Source: a virus (taxonomy: Duplodnaviria; Heunggongvirae; Uroviricota; Caudoviricetes). Taken from it: 64,000 bases of DNA. The stretch lies in the IMG/VR virus record IMGVR_UViG_2778261559_000013. One strand, 5' to 3'. The position numbers were made by a program, and so were the translations under genes. The notes under the pieces are model-generated. The model worked only from the letters and a program-made list of their open reading frames with translations, searched no databases and had not been told where the DNA came from. The stretch's first letter is position 1, and every line of letters starts with the position of its first letter. Below are positions 9,730 to 22,880 of this stretch, piece by piece.

Positions 9730-11085
9730 TCAGAGTCTATCAAAAATAGAGCCTTTTCTCGGTACAAATATTTTCTCATACAGTCGAGTAGCGTAATCAT
9801 CTGTCATGCCTGAAACATAGTCGCAAATGACGCGCATTTTTTTATCATCACCTTTTGCTTCCTCTTGATTATATTTCTTTCGAGTTTCTGTCGGGAGAAA
9901 ACGTATTGGGTCATTTGCCAGTACATTGAATAGTTCCACAATCAGTTTCTGACCTTTGAACTCTAATAGTTGGACGTTTTCGTGCTGAATAACTTTGTTC
10001 CTAACCAGCTCAAAAATGGCTTTACGTAACTCTTCTACCGCGGCAGGAAGTGCCACTTTATAGCGTAAAATTTTACTTTTGAAATCAGAGTTCTGCACTT
10101 CAAGCTTAACGCTAGTGATCATCAGATGAACAAGTGTCCCTATGCACTCCTTGCGTAGATAACTTTCGCCGAACAGTTTTTCAGCTACATCATCGGCTTT
10201 TAGATTAAACGAGTCGCATTGGCAAGCTGCAAATAAATGGGATTTGTCCTCGAAGTGCTCCTCCCACATTTTTTTGTCGATCATCTTCAGAGAAATTGCG
10301 TCTTCAAGATCATGGAGTGAGTAGGATATCTCATCAGCCAAGTCCATAATCGTTGTATCCAGTGCTTTATATATTGTTTCCTTGTGCTTATTCAACGCGG
10401 TAGATTTTACCGTTTTGAATAACTTAACATCATCACTATCAAAAGGTTGGAGTGCGAATCTAACAGTGTTCTCCTCAGAGTCCAGGTAACATTTCGGGGG
10501 CTTAAATTCGGATGATTTAAACAACCACTCATTGCTTCTTGGCTGTAACTGGCTGTAAGCCCTCTCATTGACGACCTCTGAATAGCTTGCTGGATATTTC
10601 AGTACGCCTAAAATAAGTCTACGGGTGGGATCCAGCCCATTGGTTTCGGTGTACTTATCCAGTTTGGAGAGTATACGCAGTGTCTGCCCGTTACCTTCAA
10701 AGCCGCCATAGGATCTCATGCAGTAGTTTAGTGCGACCTCACCACCATGACCGAAGGGGGGATGTCCTATATCATGAGCAAGGCAGATAGCCTGCATCAG
10801 GCTTGGGTCAGGTAAGAATTTACCCCCCTCATCTGTATCGCGCTTAGACAACTGAGACAAGATACCGCCGCCAATTTGCGCTACTTCCATAGAGTGAGTT
10901 AGACGCGTACGGTAGAAATCGCTTTCGCCCAATCCCAACACCTGCGTCTTCGATTGTAATCTCCTAAAAGCGGAAGAGTGGATTAACCGGGAAAGATCAC
11001 GTTCATACTCCGACCTTATCTCATTCGGGCGGGTGGTATTGTACCCTTGACGCTCATACCAAGTATTTTCTTTGCAGTGTGTCAT
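9730..11085 (-). CDS. dGTP triphosphohydrolase (Dgt family, HD domain), 451 aa
   Basis: RTRLTHSMEVAQIGG and AICLAHDIGHPPFGHGGE are the Dgt-family HD motifs. Start set at ATG 11083-11085 (MTHCKENTWYERQ...), preceded by AAGGAA; the track ORF extends 33 codons further upstream. Confidence 0.85.
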   Translation of the reverse strand: MTHCKENTWYERQGYNTTRPNEIRSEYERDLSRLIHSSAFRRLQSKTQVLGLGESDFYRTRLTHSMEVAQIGGGILSQLSKRDTDEGGKFLPDPSLMQAICLAHDIGHPPFGHGGEVALNYCMRSYGGFEGNGQTLRILSKLDKYTETNGLDPTRRLILGVLKYPASYSEVVNERAYSQLQPRSNEWLFKSSEFKPPKCYLDSEENTVRFALQPFDSDDVKLFKTVKSTALNKHKETIYKALDTTIMDLADEISYSLHDLEDAISLKMIDKKMWEEHFEDKSHLFAACQCDSFNLKADDVAEKLFGESYLRKECIGTLVHLMITSVKLEVQNSDFKSKILRYKVALPAAVEELRKAIFELVRNKVIQHENVQLLEFKGQKLIVELFNVLANDPIRFLPTETRKKYNQEEAKGDDKKMRVICDYVSGMTDDYATRLYEKIFVPRKGSIFDRL

Positions 11086-11261
11086 ACGTGTTCCTTTGGG
11101 CAGGATAGAGCAAGTCGCCTGCTTAATTGCTGAAGAAAGAAATACAAATTTGTAACGCTGTGGATCTTCTTTATGCGTCCACAATCAGTAAATATTGGAT
11201 ACTTGCAAGGTGCGCGAAACACTAAAGATTGTCAATTAATAATTAACACCTCTTATAGTTA

Positions 11262-11293
11262 CTAGAAATAAAAATCCCCTGTATTAACAGGGG
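11262..11293 (-). terminator. rho-independent terminator downstream of ssb
   Basis: cccctgt-atta-acagggg stem followed on the minus strand by a U-rich run (AUUUUUAUUU). Confidence 0.5.
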
Positions 11294-11333
11294 CCTGTGT
11301 ATGAACTATTTACAAATAACTCACAAGTTAACT

Positions 11334-11822
11334 CTAAAACGGAATATCGTCGTCAAAGTCCATTGGAGGTTCGTTATTGGCGCTGCTCTGAGGTTTGCCG
11401 CCACCGCTGTATTGCTGGTGGTTTTGAGGTTGGTTTGATTGCCCCCAGCCATTTGAGGACTGTGAATCGTCGCGGCGGGCGCCGATCATTTGCATAGTTC
11501 CGCCCTGGCTGACGATAATTTCCGTCGTGTAACGTTCTACACCGGCGTCATCTGTCCACTTACGGGTTTTAAGTTTCCCTTCGATGTAGACCTGAGAACC
11601 TTTTCGTAAATACTCACTCGCAATTTCAGCAAGTTTCCCGAACAAAACGACTCTATGCCATTCTGTTTGCTCTTTCTGTTGGCCCGTTTGCTTGTCGCGC
11701 CATGATTCATTCGTTGCGATGCTGAGTCTTCCGACCGCTCCGCCATTTGGTATATACCTGATCTCCGGGTCTTGCCCCAGGGTACCAATCAGGATGACTT
11801 TGTTTACACCGCGTTGTGCCAC
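11334..11822 (-). CDS. ssb: single-stranded DNA-binding protein, 162 aa
   Basis: (M)[22 protein letters not shown]...[35 protein letters not shown]...C-terminal DDDIPF is near-identical in pattern to E. coli SSB. GTG start. Confidence 0.92.
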   Translation of the reverse strand: MAQRGVNKVILIGTLGQDPEIRYIPNGGAVGRLSIATNESWRDKQTGQQKEQTEWHRVVLFGKLAEIASEYLRKGSQVYIEGKLKTRKWTDDAGVERYTTEIIVSQGGTMQMIGARRDDSQSSNGWGQSNQPQNHQQYSGGGKPQSSANNEPPMDFDDDIPF

Positions 11823-11841
11823 TTATCTTACCTAATAAAAT

Positions 11842-11858
11842 AAATTAATTAGAGCAAT
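11842..11858 (-). promoter_or_regulatory. C1 repressor operator (ATTGCTCTAATTAATTT, 16/17 to consensus) in the ssb/lyz divergent region
   Basis: Direct sequence match to the P1 C1 operator consensus ATTGCTCTAATAAATTT. Confidence 0.5.
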
Positions 11859-11991
11859 AATGTATATCTTTGAAACGTAGCTAACAAGTGATTTGCATTA
11901 TCCTGTGCCTTCTAAAGGGATCGAGTCAGTCGGTATTGGCTGTGAATGGGTGTTTGTCCTGGAGCGTAAAAAATTCGCTTATGAGGTCTTT

Positions 11992-12549
11992 ATGAAGGGA
12001 AAAACAGCCGCAGGAGGCGGTGCAATTTGCGCTATCGCGGTGATGATTACCATCGTGATGGGTAATGGCAATGTGCGAACCAACCAGGCGGGGCTTGAGC
12101 TTATCGGAAACGCTGAAGGTTGCCGACGTGATCCATACATGTGCCCGGCGGGGGTGTGGACTGACGGGATTGGCAATACCCACGGAGTTACACCGGGTGT
12201 TCGAAAAAACGACCAGCAAATCGCCGCTGATTGGGAAAAGAATATCCTGATCGCTGAACGCTGTATTAATCAGCACTTCCGGGGCAAAGACATGCCCGAT
12301 AATGCCTTCAGCGCAATGACAAGCGCGGCATTCAATATGGGATGCAATAGTTTACGGACCTACTACAGCAAAGCGCGAGGCATGCGAGTCGAAACGTCCA
12401 TCCACAAGTGGGCGCAGAAAGGGGAATGGGTGAATATGTGTAACCATCTCCCTGATTTCGTGAACAGTAACGGCGTGCCCTTGCGAGGTTTAAAGATTCG
12501 CCGTGAAAAAGAACGCCAGCTTTGCCTGACGGGGCTGGTCAATGAATAA
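11992..12549 (+). CDS. lyz: SAR endolysin (T4-lysozyme-like fold), 185 aa
   Basis: MKGKTAAGGGAICAIAVMITIVMGNGNVRTNQAGLELIGNAEGCRRDPYMCPAGVWTDGIGNTHG: an N-terminal signal-arrest-release segment followed by the lysozyme catalytic region, as in P1 Lyz. Start set at the ATG at 11992; the track ORF starts 33 codons upstream. Confidence 0.85.
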   Translation: MKGKTAAGGGAICAIAVMITIVMGNGNVRTNQAGLELIGNAEGCRRDPYMCPAGVWTDGIGNTHGVTPGVRKNDQQIAADWEKNILIAERCINQHFRGKDMPDNAFSAMTSAAFNMGCNSLRTYYSKARGMRVETSIHKWAQKGEWVNMCNHLPDFVNSNGVPLRGLKIRREKERQLCLTGLVNE

Positions 12550-12793
12550 ACTCAGGCAGCTCCGCCGACTTTCGACAATGAAGTTATCGCTGGCGGCGAT
12601 AGTTTTCGACTCGATTTTCATGGCGGTATATGTGCTCAATGAGACGTGGCCACTGGAACCGCTATTGTATGCCGGGCTTCGGCTGTGCCTGACATTTTTG
12701 AGCATGGCCGCGAGATTGATGCAGCAGAAAGAAACAGCTTCAGATTGTCCAGGCCGCGCGGTGCGCAAATATATGGCACGCAGGCGAAGGTGA
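12542..12793 (+). CDS. small hydrophobic protein, 83 aa, overlapping the lyz stop
   Basis: ATG overlaps the lyz stop; hydrophobic core (LSLAAIVFDSIFMAVYVL). Possibly lysis-associated. Confidence 0.4.
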   Translation: MNKLRQLRRLSTMKLSLAAIVFDSIFMAVYVLNETWPLEPLLYAGLRLCLTFLSMAARLMQQKETASDCPGRAVRKYMARRRR

Positions 12794-12807
12794 TAATAGT
12801 TAACGAG

Positions 12808-12836
12808 AACCCCGGCAGCTGCCGGGGTTATTTTTG
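12808..12836 (+). terminator. rho-independent terminator between the lyz operon and the convergent head genes
   Basis: aaccccggcag-ctgccggggtt stem followed by atttttgg. Confidence 0.55.
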
Positions 12837-12840
12837 GTGG

Positions 12841-15571
<2,731 letters not shown>

Positions 15572-15638
15572 TTAATTAGAATAATTCGCATCGTGTTTGA
15601 ACGGAAATTTAACACTAGTCACTTGTTAAGGATTACCA

Positions 15639-18600
15639 ATGAACAAGCTATCTATGGGGGTGTTTCGCTGTTCAAGTGTCAGCGAAATATTGAAATACAT
15701 TAGTGCAATAACATCTCACCGAGCGCCGATTAGATACGGCGTGGAAAAGGTGGAAGGCAAAAGCTATGACCGACTACGCCGGGAGGCGAATCAGAAGGCG
15801 ATAGATTTGCTTAATTCGCTGGTGGACGGCGCGACACTGACAGATGAACAGCGCCAGATCCTGGCTGGGTACACCGGCGAAGGCGGCATTGGCGGGTCCG
15901 TCTCCGAATATTACACACCAAAGCCGATCGCTGAAGGTGTCTGGGAGATCATGAAGCTCTACGGCGCGGACGTAGGTAACACTCTGGAACCATCGGCGGG
16001 AACCGGCGTTTTTAATGAGACAAAACCGGTTGGTACGGTGATGACCGCGACTGAGATCAGCAGTGTTTCCGGTCGTATAAACCAGCTGTTGCACCCGGAA
16101 GACAGCGTACAGATTTCTCCGTTCGAACAACTGGCTGTAAGCACGCCTAACGATTCATTCGACCATGTTGTGGGTAACGTTCCGTTCGGTGGTCGTGATA
16201 ACACACGCAACATCGATAAGCCTTACGCAGAAGAAACGGACATGGGTTCTTACTTCATGCTCCGCATGCTGGACAAGATAAAGCCAGGCGGATTCATGTG
16301 CGTGATTGTGCCGCCGTCCATTGTTTCAGGTTCAAACATGAAGCGGTTACGCCTGCGCCTATCACGGAAAGCTGAATTTCTTGGTGCCCACCGCTTGCCT
16401 ACCGGTACTTTTGACGCAAACGGGACCAGTACAGTTGTTGATGTGGTGCTGATGCGCAAACATCCGGCAGAGATGGCTGAGAAAATCCCCCTGGTGGATG
16501 AAAGCACTCTCGAATCGGCAAATGTGCTTTGGCCAACGTTTATTTCTGGCAAGTGGTTTGAAAAGGATGGCCGCCGGTTTGTTCATGGCACCCAGGAAAA
16601 GGGCTTCCAGGGGCGTATTGAGGTTCGTGCCGACGGTCAGATTGATAACCAGGCTCTTAAAGCGAAGCTGATTCATCGTTTCGAAAGCCGTATCGACTGG
16701 TCTTTGCTCGATATGGCTGAACCGTCACCGACCGCAGACGTTGTTGGTGAAGGGGAAATGCGCCTGATTAATGGCGTATGGCAAAAATATGCTGGTGGTC
16801 GCTGGATTGAAGCTGATGCCGGGAAGGAACTTAAGATCGATGCTGCCAGTTATGGCGCGGATAGCTGGGAGGCTCTTCAGCGTAACCTGACTACAACAGA
16901 AGGCCGTCTCGGCATGACATTTACCCAGATGGCAAATGTCCGCGATAAGTACACCACATCAATCAGCGACGATATGGTGCAGCTGGTGGACTGGATTAAC
17001 AGCCAGCCTGAAAAATACCGTGAACGCTTGTATCGCGGGGCGATGATTGGCCGGATGTTAATTGAATATCAGGACATGAAGGCCGCCGGGCATAGTGCTG
17101 AACAAATCGAACAGCAGCGCCTTTCTCTGGTATCCCGTTTGCAGGCAGAGATTGACCGTTTTGGTAACCCCGGTCGCGGTCCGATAGCGAAATTGTCGGG
17201 GAGCGGTGCGCGCGCCTGGTTTGCTTTCCGTGGTGCAATTAAGCTGGATGGCACTATTTCTGACGAGCTGACAGGGAAGCTGGTTACGCATGATTCCAGC
17301 GCAAGTTATGACTCCACCAGCTATCAGGACACCCTGCGTTATCTCTATAGCGATCTCACCCGCGATCCAATCCAGCTCGATGATTTCCGCCTTGCGTTTA
17401 CCGGCGAACTGCCAGCCAGTGATGAAGAGTTGCTTAATTTATTGGCCAGCACCCCTGGTATTGCGGTTTCACCGTATGGCGGGATTGTTCCGTTCGCCCG
17501 CGCCACCAGCGGCGACATTAACGAGATAGTGGCTCCAAAACAGGAATTCCTCGCCACACTCCCCGACGGTCCAGTAAAGAACAACGTCCTTAATCAGCTG
17601 GCAGCTATCGAAGAGAAGCGCATCAAGACGCCAGCAGAGAATATCCGGTTTAAGCTCAATAGCCGTTGGTTCGACCGTTCCGTCATTCTGGAATTTTTGC
17701 AGGAAAACGGCTATCCGGATCTGCGCTATGTGCAGTCAGTGCAGCTGGAAGGCGACGAAATGGTTTCTGACACCTATCACGGTGGTGATGGTCTGTTCGT
17801 CGGGCACCGATACGGTGTCGTCCAGCGCAAGGATAAAGAAACAGGTGAGATTCGCTACGAGTGGGACCGTAAATCAGGTGAAAACGCGACCGGGTTCCCG
17901 GCACAGCTGGAAAAGTATCTCAATGGTGCGCGTATCGGTGGCAAAGATAGCGCGACGGCGAACGGCTACCGCGAGCAGATGGCACTGCTTGAGGACCAGT
18001 TCAATAAGTGGATCAAGACGCACGATCGCTACGATGAGCTGGTTGCCAAATACAACGATGTGTTCAATAGCAATATCCCGTATGAACACTCTGGCGATCC
18101 GCTTGGGTTGAAGGGATTAAGCGGTAAGCGCCAGCCATTTGATTACCAGAATAGCGAGGTGCGCCGACTGTCCGAAGATGGGCGCGGCATCCTGGGCTTC
18201 GGCACCGGGCTGGGTAAAACCACGACCGCGCTGGCGCTTGAGGCGTTCAACTATGAGAACGGTCGCTCCACCCGTACTGCGTATGTAGTGCCTAAATCAG
18301 TGCTGGAAAATTGGTATTACGAAGCAAAAGAATTCCTGAGTGAAGAGGCATTCAGTAACTACTTGTTCGTCGGTCTTGATGTGCTGATGGATGGCGATCA
18401 GATTCGCCAGGTGCCGGTGCTCAATGAGAACGGTAAACCTGTTCTTGGTACTGATGGCACTCCAGTTATGCGCGATGCTCTTAAGCTGGCAGATGAAGCC
18501 ACTATCACGGCGCGGATGAACGCGATCCCGCACTCAAATTACCGTGCAGTCGTGTTTACCAAAGAACAATACGCCCGCATTCCGCTACGTGATGACACCG

Positions 18601-21600
18601 TAGATGAGCATGCACAAGACATGCTTTATGACTTCGTTGCCGCCGGGCGCGTAGCCAGCGCAATGGACTCCGACTCCCACCGCAAAGAGGCGGCGCGTCG
18701 CCGGGTATTGTCGGAGTATTCAGATACCGGTACCGAAAAAGCAGAGAAGTATCCGTACTTTGAGGATATGGGCTTCGACAGCGTGATTGCTGACGAAGGC
18801 CACAACTACCGCAATAGCTATAAAAATGGTCGCGAAGCGTCACAGCTGGCCTATCTGCCCACCAGCGCGGTGGCGCAATCGGCGCGAGATATGGCAATCA
18901 AAAACGCGTACTTGATGAAAAAGAATGGCGGGCGCGGACCGGTTCTCCTGACTGCAACACCAGTCGTTAACACCCCGATCGATGCATACAACATGCTTTC
19001 TCATGTTCTGCCGAAGGAATACTGGCAGAAGATGGGGATCTACAGTCCTGATGACTTCGTAAAATTCTTCGGCAAGACCAGGCTGGAAACGGTACAGAAA
19101 ATCAGCGGCGAAGTTGAAGAAAAAATGGCGCTGGTGGGTTTTGAAAACCTTGATGCGCTGCGCGGCATATTCCATCGCTGGACAACGCTTAAAACGGCGG
19201 AAGACGTTAAGGATACCGTGGAGATCCCGGAACTGGACGAACACCAGCAGGATGCACCACTTACTGAAGAACAACTGGCGGCGTATGAAGAATTGCGTCA
19301 GCAGGCGGAAGCGGCGGCCAAAGCCAACAATGGTGTAACGACCTCGGTCAATGAAGACGGCGTGATTGAGCACGAGAAAGCCCGTCCGATCTTCTCAATA
19401 ATCAGGGATATGGACCGCGTATGTACTGACATGGACCTGTACTATCGCCGGATCACCTATCGTTTCCTGCCGGAGTACGCCGATGCGGTGCAGCAGCTGG
19501 CAGACAGTTTGCCTAAACAAGCCACCAGCGAAGACGACGACAGTGATGATTCAATCACGCAGCAATCGCAATACTCCCTGATAGATAAGGGCGAGTTTAT
19601 TCAGTTGCAGGTTCCGGAAGCGTTCGAGCAGGAAGTGAATAAGCGCCTGGCCAGGTTTGGCATTGACGAACAGACCGTAACTCACCCCGTTACGCCCAAA
19701 TACGCGAAGCTGATTGCCACGCTGAAGGAGTTTTTCCCGGAAGGTAAGCAAATCATCTTCACCGATGAAAAAACGCAGCACCAGAAGCTCAAGCGCATTA
19801 TCTGCAATGCTCTTAACCTTGAACCTTCAAAGGTGGGGATACTGAATGCTCAGACGGTTGCCGAGGCAGGTAAAACCGGTAAGAAACTGAAAGCGGTTAA
19901 ACCGCCGAAAGAGTTACCGGATGAACCAACAGATGCACAGATAGCGAAATACAACGAGCAAATGGCTCTGTATGACGCCTATATCGCGCAGCAAAATGAA
20001 ATGTCGTTGGGCGGTCTGGAAAAGATTGCAGCCGACTTCCAGGAGGGCCGGACTCCGATCATCATCTGCAACAAAAAGGCAGAGGTGGGTATCAACCTGC
20101 ATCGAGGAACGACTGACATCCATCATCTGACGTTGCCATGGACTCCAGCCAGTATTGCGCAACGAAACGGTCGCGGTGCCCGAGTTGGCTCCAACCGTGC
20201 AAGCGTTCGCGTTCACTACTACTGCGGCAAGGGTTCTTTCGATGAATACCGACTGAAGACGCTGAAGCGTAAAGCAGGCTGGATCTCCGATATCCTCCGT
20301 TCAGATAAGTCAGAAATGGAGAACGCCGACGCCAACGATATGATCGAAATGCAGATGTATACCGCTAAGGATGATGGCGAACGTCTGGCAATGATGCAGG
20401 TTCAAATGGATAAGGCGAAAGCCGCGCAACGCGCTCGCCAGAAAGAACAGGCTACTATCGACCTTCAGAACTACATCAAGGCGCAGCACGCAGCTGGTGA
20501 GGATGTGGAGGTGCTTACCGCTGAATTAGAGCGAAGCAAAGCGGAACTTGAAAAGACCACCGCCGAGGTAGCTAAATTCAAACAGGCGGCAATGGCCAAG
20601 GCAGCGGATAACGCAGACTGGAAGGCACGCTGGGGGAGTGTCCATCACACAGACCGTATGTTGTTAGCACAGTATCGCGCGTCGTTGAAAAGCGCCATTC
20701 AGCGCAAGGCTAATATCTCTCAAGCCATCTCCCGCTATGAGAAATTATTGAACCGTACTCAGAAGGCCGCGACGGATATCAAACGCCTGCGCCCGCTGGT
20801 GGAGGATGCATTAAATAAAGGCATTCTGGATGTTGATCCTGACCTGGTTAACCATGCGAGTGAGTTCCTTGTTATCGGCGATCGCTCATGGCGTGTAGGC
20901 CAATACTACGATTGTGCCGGTGATATCGTTCGCATTAAGTCGCTGGACTTCGACAGCCAGCGCGCAGACGTGGAGATCATCTTCACCTTCAAAGGCACCA
21001 AATCTGGTAACTGGGATGTGAAGACGCTGGATAAACAGGTTGATGTAACTCCCGATGAAGATGCTGTTATGCAGAAAATCAGTGGTGGCGTCTCCATCGC
21101 CGGGATTAACGACATCGTTTCCTGTGACGATTTCTACCGTTTCCAGCAGCGCGGCATGATCAAAATCACTGACTCATACGGCGTTCAGACTACAGAGTCA
21201 GGCTATAGCATTGATTTTGTTGGTACCTATACGGACCCACTGAAGCATGCGGTTTACCCGGATCGCCGTGACGGCGCGCTGAAGTCGTCAATTGCAAAAT
21301 GGGTGCTTGGTATGATGTCGGAAGGGAATAACCGCCAGATCCGTTCGGCAGAAGCATTCCTGGTTGAACTGTTTGGCTCCAATTATGGCGATGTAATCGC
21401 GTCATACGGAGATACGCTATCCCCTGAAGCAATTCAGGAGAAAATAGCGGATGCGATCGCCAGAATGCCGGAGAAAACAAGCCAGGGGGCTACTCGTAAC
21501 GGGGATTCTGAACTTGAAGTCACCAATGCCATTTTCGGTACCAATGAGTTCCGGGCGTCAGATTATGAGATCACCACAGCACAGTTTGGCACCATTGGCA

Positions 21601-22406
21601 TTTACAGCAATAAAGACGAGATCAAGCAGGCAATGGACGCAGCAAGCGCGCGCATTGCAGCAGAACGGAAAGTCAATCTGAATCATGCAGTCGCCGCGCT
21701 GACTCAATCGTGGGTAACAGCAATCAGGGAGGCCGCCACCACAGGAAAAATCACACCGGCAATTGCGGATGTCGTAAACGACGGCTCTAAATTTATGGAT
21801 GCCTATAAAATGGATGCGGTGCAGTTGCCATCAGCCTATGGGCAACTCAGCTATCGCATGACCTACAACCTGGTATCAATGTTTACCGACCTTGCCATCC
21901 TTGGGCTGGTGGACCTTAACGAGGTTACGCCGGAATTGCTCAGCATGCGCAAGAATCATGTGGAGATATTGCACAGAATTAACACGGTACTTGCCGGGCG
22001 CACCGATGAAGAGAAACAGGCAGACGCTGATCGGATAAACCTGGCCCTTGGCAACATCACGGAGGAAGAAATTGCTGCCAGAAACGAGAAACAAGAAGAG
22101 TTATCATCAATACAGGGTGATGCCACCAGCATAGCTCAGTCTCTTGGTCTGAATTATCGCGTATCCACCGCCGACCTGAAGATGATGTACGCACCAAAAT
22201 TCGCCGCTGGCGAGGTATTTGGGCTTCAGGAAGCCTCCGGCATGAAAGGGGTTCTTTTCCGTGCGAAAGACGCAATCAAGGCGAAATTCGGCGCTCGCTG
22301 GTTGCCAGCGAAGGCGAAGAACAGCGACTTCCCAGGTAACTGGTGGATTATCGAGACAAAACACAACGTGGCGGACGTTCTGGCCGTCATCCAACAATAC
22401 GCATAA
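15639..22406 (+). CDS. darB: DarB antirestriction protein: N-terminal N6-adenine methyltransferase-like domain fused to an SF2 (SNF2-like) helicase, 2255 aa
   Basis: AdoMet motif I LEPSAGTGVF (aa 116-125), motif IV GNVPFGG (nt 16173-16187), Walker A GFGTGLGKTTTA (nt ~18195-18230), DEGH box (nt 18792-18803), motif III LLTATPVVNTP, motif VI QRNGRGARVGS (nt ~20157-20192). 2255 aa matches my recollection of P1 DarB. Confidence 0.85.
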   Translation: MNKLSMGVFRCSSVSEILKYISAITSHRAPIRYGVEKVEGKSYDRLRREANQKAIDLLNSLVDGATLTDEQRQILAGYTGEGGIGGSVSEYYTPKPIAEGVWEIMKLYGADVGNTLEPSAGTGVFNETKPVGTVMTATEISSVSGRINQLLHPEDSVQISPFEQLAVSTPNDSFDHVVGNVPFGGRDNTRNIDKPYAEETDMGSYFMLRMLDKIKPGGFMCVIVPPSIVSGSNMKRLRLRLSRKAEFLGAHRLPTGTFDANGTSTVVDVVLMRKHPAEMAEKIPLVDESTLESANVLWPTFISGKWFEKDGRRFVHGTQEKGFQGRIEVRADGQIDNQALKAKLIHRFESRIDWSLLDMAEPSPTADVVGEGEMRLINGVWQKYAGGRWIEADAGKELKIDAASYGADSWEALQRNLTTTEGRLGMTFTQMANVRDKYTTSISDDMVQLVDWINSQPEKYRERLYRGAMIGRMLIEYQDMKAAGHSAEQIEQQRLSLVSRLQAEIDRFGNPGRGPIAKLSGSGARAWFAFRGAIKLDGTISDELTGKLVTHDSSASYDSTSYQDTLRYLYSDLTRDPIQLDDFRLAFTGELPASDEELLNLLASTPGIAVSPYGGIVPFARATSGDINEIVAPKQEFLATLPDGPVKNNVLNQLAAIEEKRIKTPAENIRFKLNSRWFDRSVILEFLQENGYPDLRYVQSVQLEGDEMVSDTYHGGDGLFVGHRYGVVQRKDKETGEIRYEWDRKSGENATGFPAQLEKYLNGARIGGKDSATANGYREQMALLEDQFNKWIKTHDRYDELVAKYNDVFNSNIPYEHSGDPLGLKGLSGKRQPFDYQNSEVRRLSEDGRGILGFGTGLGKTTTALALEAFNYENGRSTRTAYVVPKSVLENWYYEAKEFLSEEAFSNYLFVGLDVLMDGDQIRQVPVLNENGKPVLGTDGTPVMRDALKLADEATITARMNAIPHSNYRAVVFTKEQYARIPLRDDTVDEHAQDMLYDFVAAGRVASAMDSDSHRKEAARRRVLSEYSDTGTEKAEKYPYFEDMGFDSVIADEGHNYRNSYKNGREASQLAYLPTSAVAQSARDMAIKNAYLMKKNGGRGPVLLTATPVVNTPIDAYNMLSHVLPKEYWQKMGIYSPDDFVKFFGKTRLETVQKISGEVEEKMALVGFENLDALRGIFHRWTTLKTAEDVKDTVEIPELDEHQQDAPLTEEQLAAYEELRQQAEAAAKANNGVTTSVNEDGVIEHEKARPIFSIIRDMDRVCTDMDLYYRRITYRFLPEYADAVQQLADSLPKQATSEDDDSDDSITQQSQYSLIDKGEFIQLQVPEAFEQEVNKRLARFGIDEQTVTHPVTPKYAKLIATLKEFFPEGKQIIFTDEKTQHQKLKRIICNALNLEPSKVGILNAQTVAEAGKTGKKLKAVKPPKELPDEPTDAQIAKYNEQMALYDAYIAQQNEMSLGGLEKIAADFQEGRTPIIICNKKAEVGINLHRGTTDIHHLTLPWTPASIAQRNGRGARVGSNRASVRVHYYCGKGSFDEYRLKTLKRKAGWISDILRSDKSEMENADANDMIEMQMYTAKDDGERLAMMQVQMDKAKAAQRARQKEQATIDLQNYIKAQHAAGEDVEVLTAELERSKAELEKTTAEVAKFKQAAMAKAADNADWKARWGSVHHTDRMLLAQYRASLKSAIQRKANISQAISRYEKLLNRTQKAATDIKRLRPLVEDALNKGILDVDPDLVNHASEFLVIGDRSWRVGQYYDCAGDIVRIKSLDFDSQRADVEIIFTFKGTKSGNWDVKTLDKQVDVTPDEDAVMQKISGGVSIAGINDIVSCDDFYRFQQRGMIKITDSYGVQTTESGYSIDFVGTYTDPLKHAVYPDRRDGALKSSIAKWVLGMMSEGNNRQIRSAEAFLVELFGSNYGDVIASYGDTLSPEAIQEKIADAIARMPEKTSQGATRNGDSELEVTNAIFGTNEFRASDYEITTAQFGTIGIYSNKDEIKQAMDAASARIAAERKVNLNHAVAALTQSWVTAIREAATTGKITPAIADVVNDGSKFMDAYKMDAVQLPSAYGQLSYRMTYNLVSMFTDLAILGLVDLNEVTPELLSMRKNHVEILHRINTVLAGRTDEEKQADADRINLALGNITEEEIAARNEKQEELSSIQGDATSIAQSLGLNYRVSTADLKMMYAPKFAAGEVFGLQEASGMKGVLFRAKDAIKAKFGARWLPAKAKNSDFPGNWWIIETKHNVADVLAVIQQYA

Positions 22407-22439
22407 CAGGAGCGCCCGGTTCGCCGGGCGTCGCATAAT

Positions 22440-22880
22440 ATGGCCACACTATCTGATACAATAAAACCGAATAAAACATATCTTGAGGCGGTACTCCGTA
22501 CAGCGTTGTTAGGAAAGACAGAAGACGAATACGTTGATTTCTTCCTGTCAGGGCTACGCGGGCGATTACTGAAAAATCCCCGCCTGTACCGCAGCTATGG
22601 TCCATACTGGCCGGAAATTAAAAAATTATTACTGGAGCGCGGTTATGGTAATTTCGGTCGTCTCGTTGACCGTGACGTTCGCAAAATTTACCGTTATGAC
22701 CGCCCGGCGCTAACACTCATAGCCGCGACGCTCTACAGCCAGGAGCGTTTTGATAATGGTCAGATATACTCAGCCTGGCATTTACTGCCAGTGCCTGAAG
22801 AAGTTGACGACCAGGACTATGAGTTTGAGTCTTACGATTTGGAAGTTGAAGCATTGGCACAGGCTGGAGAGAAAACTTGA
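22440..22880 (+). CDS. Ulx-like protein, 146 aa (by position downstream of darB)
   Basis: Tightly linked to darB and overlapping the next small gene. Name by synteny only. Confidence 0.45.
   Translation: MATLSDTIKPNKTYLEAVLRTALLGKTEDEYVDFFLSGLRGRLLKNPRLYRSYGPYWPEIKKLLLERGYGNFGRLVDRDVRKIYRYDRPALTLIAATLYSQERFDNGQIYSAWHLLPVPEEVDDQDYEFESYDLEVEALAQAGEKT

Noticed and set aside
15774-22436. Numerous 60-180-aa ORFs on both strands inside darB (and similarly inside prt, pacA/pacB and dmt)
   Set aside because: They are nested in long genes with clear catalytic motifs; their composition is typical of alternative-frame translation.
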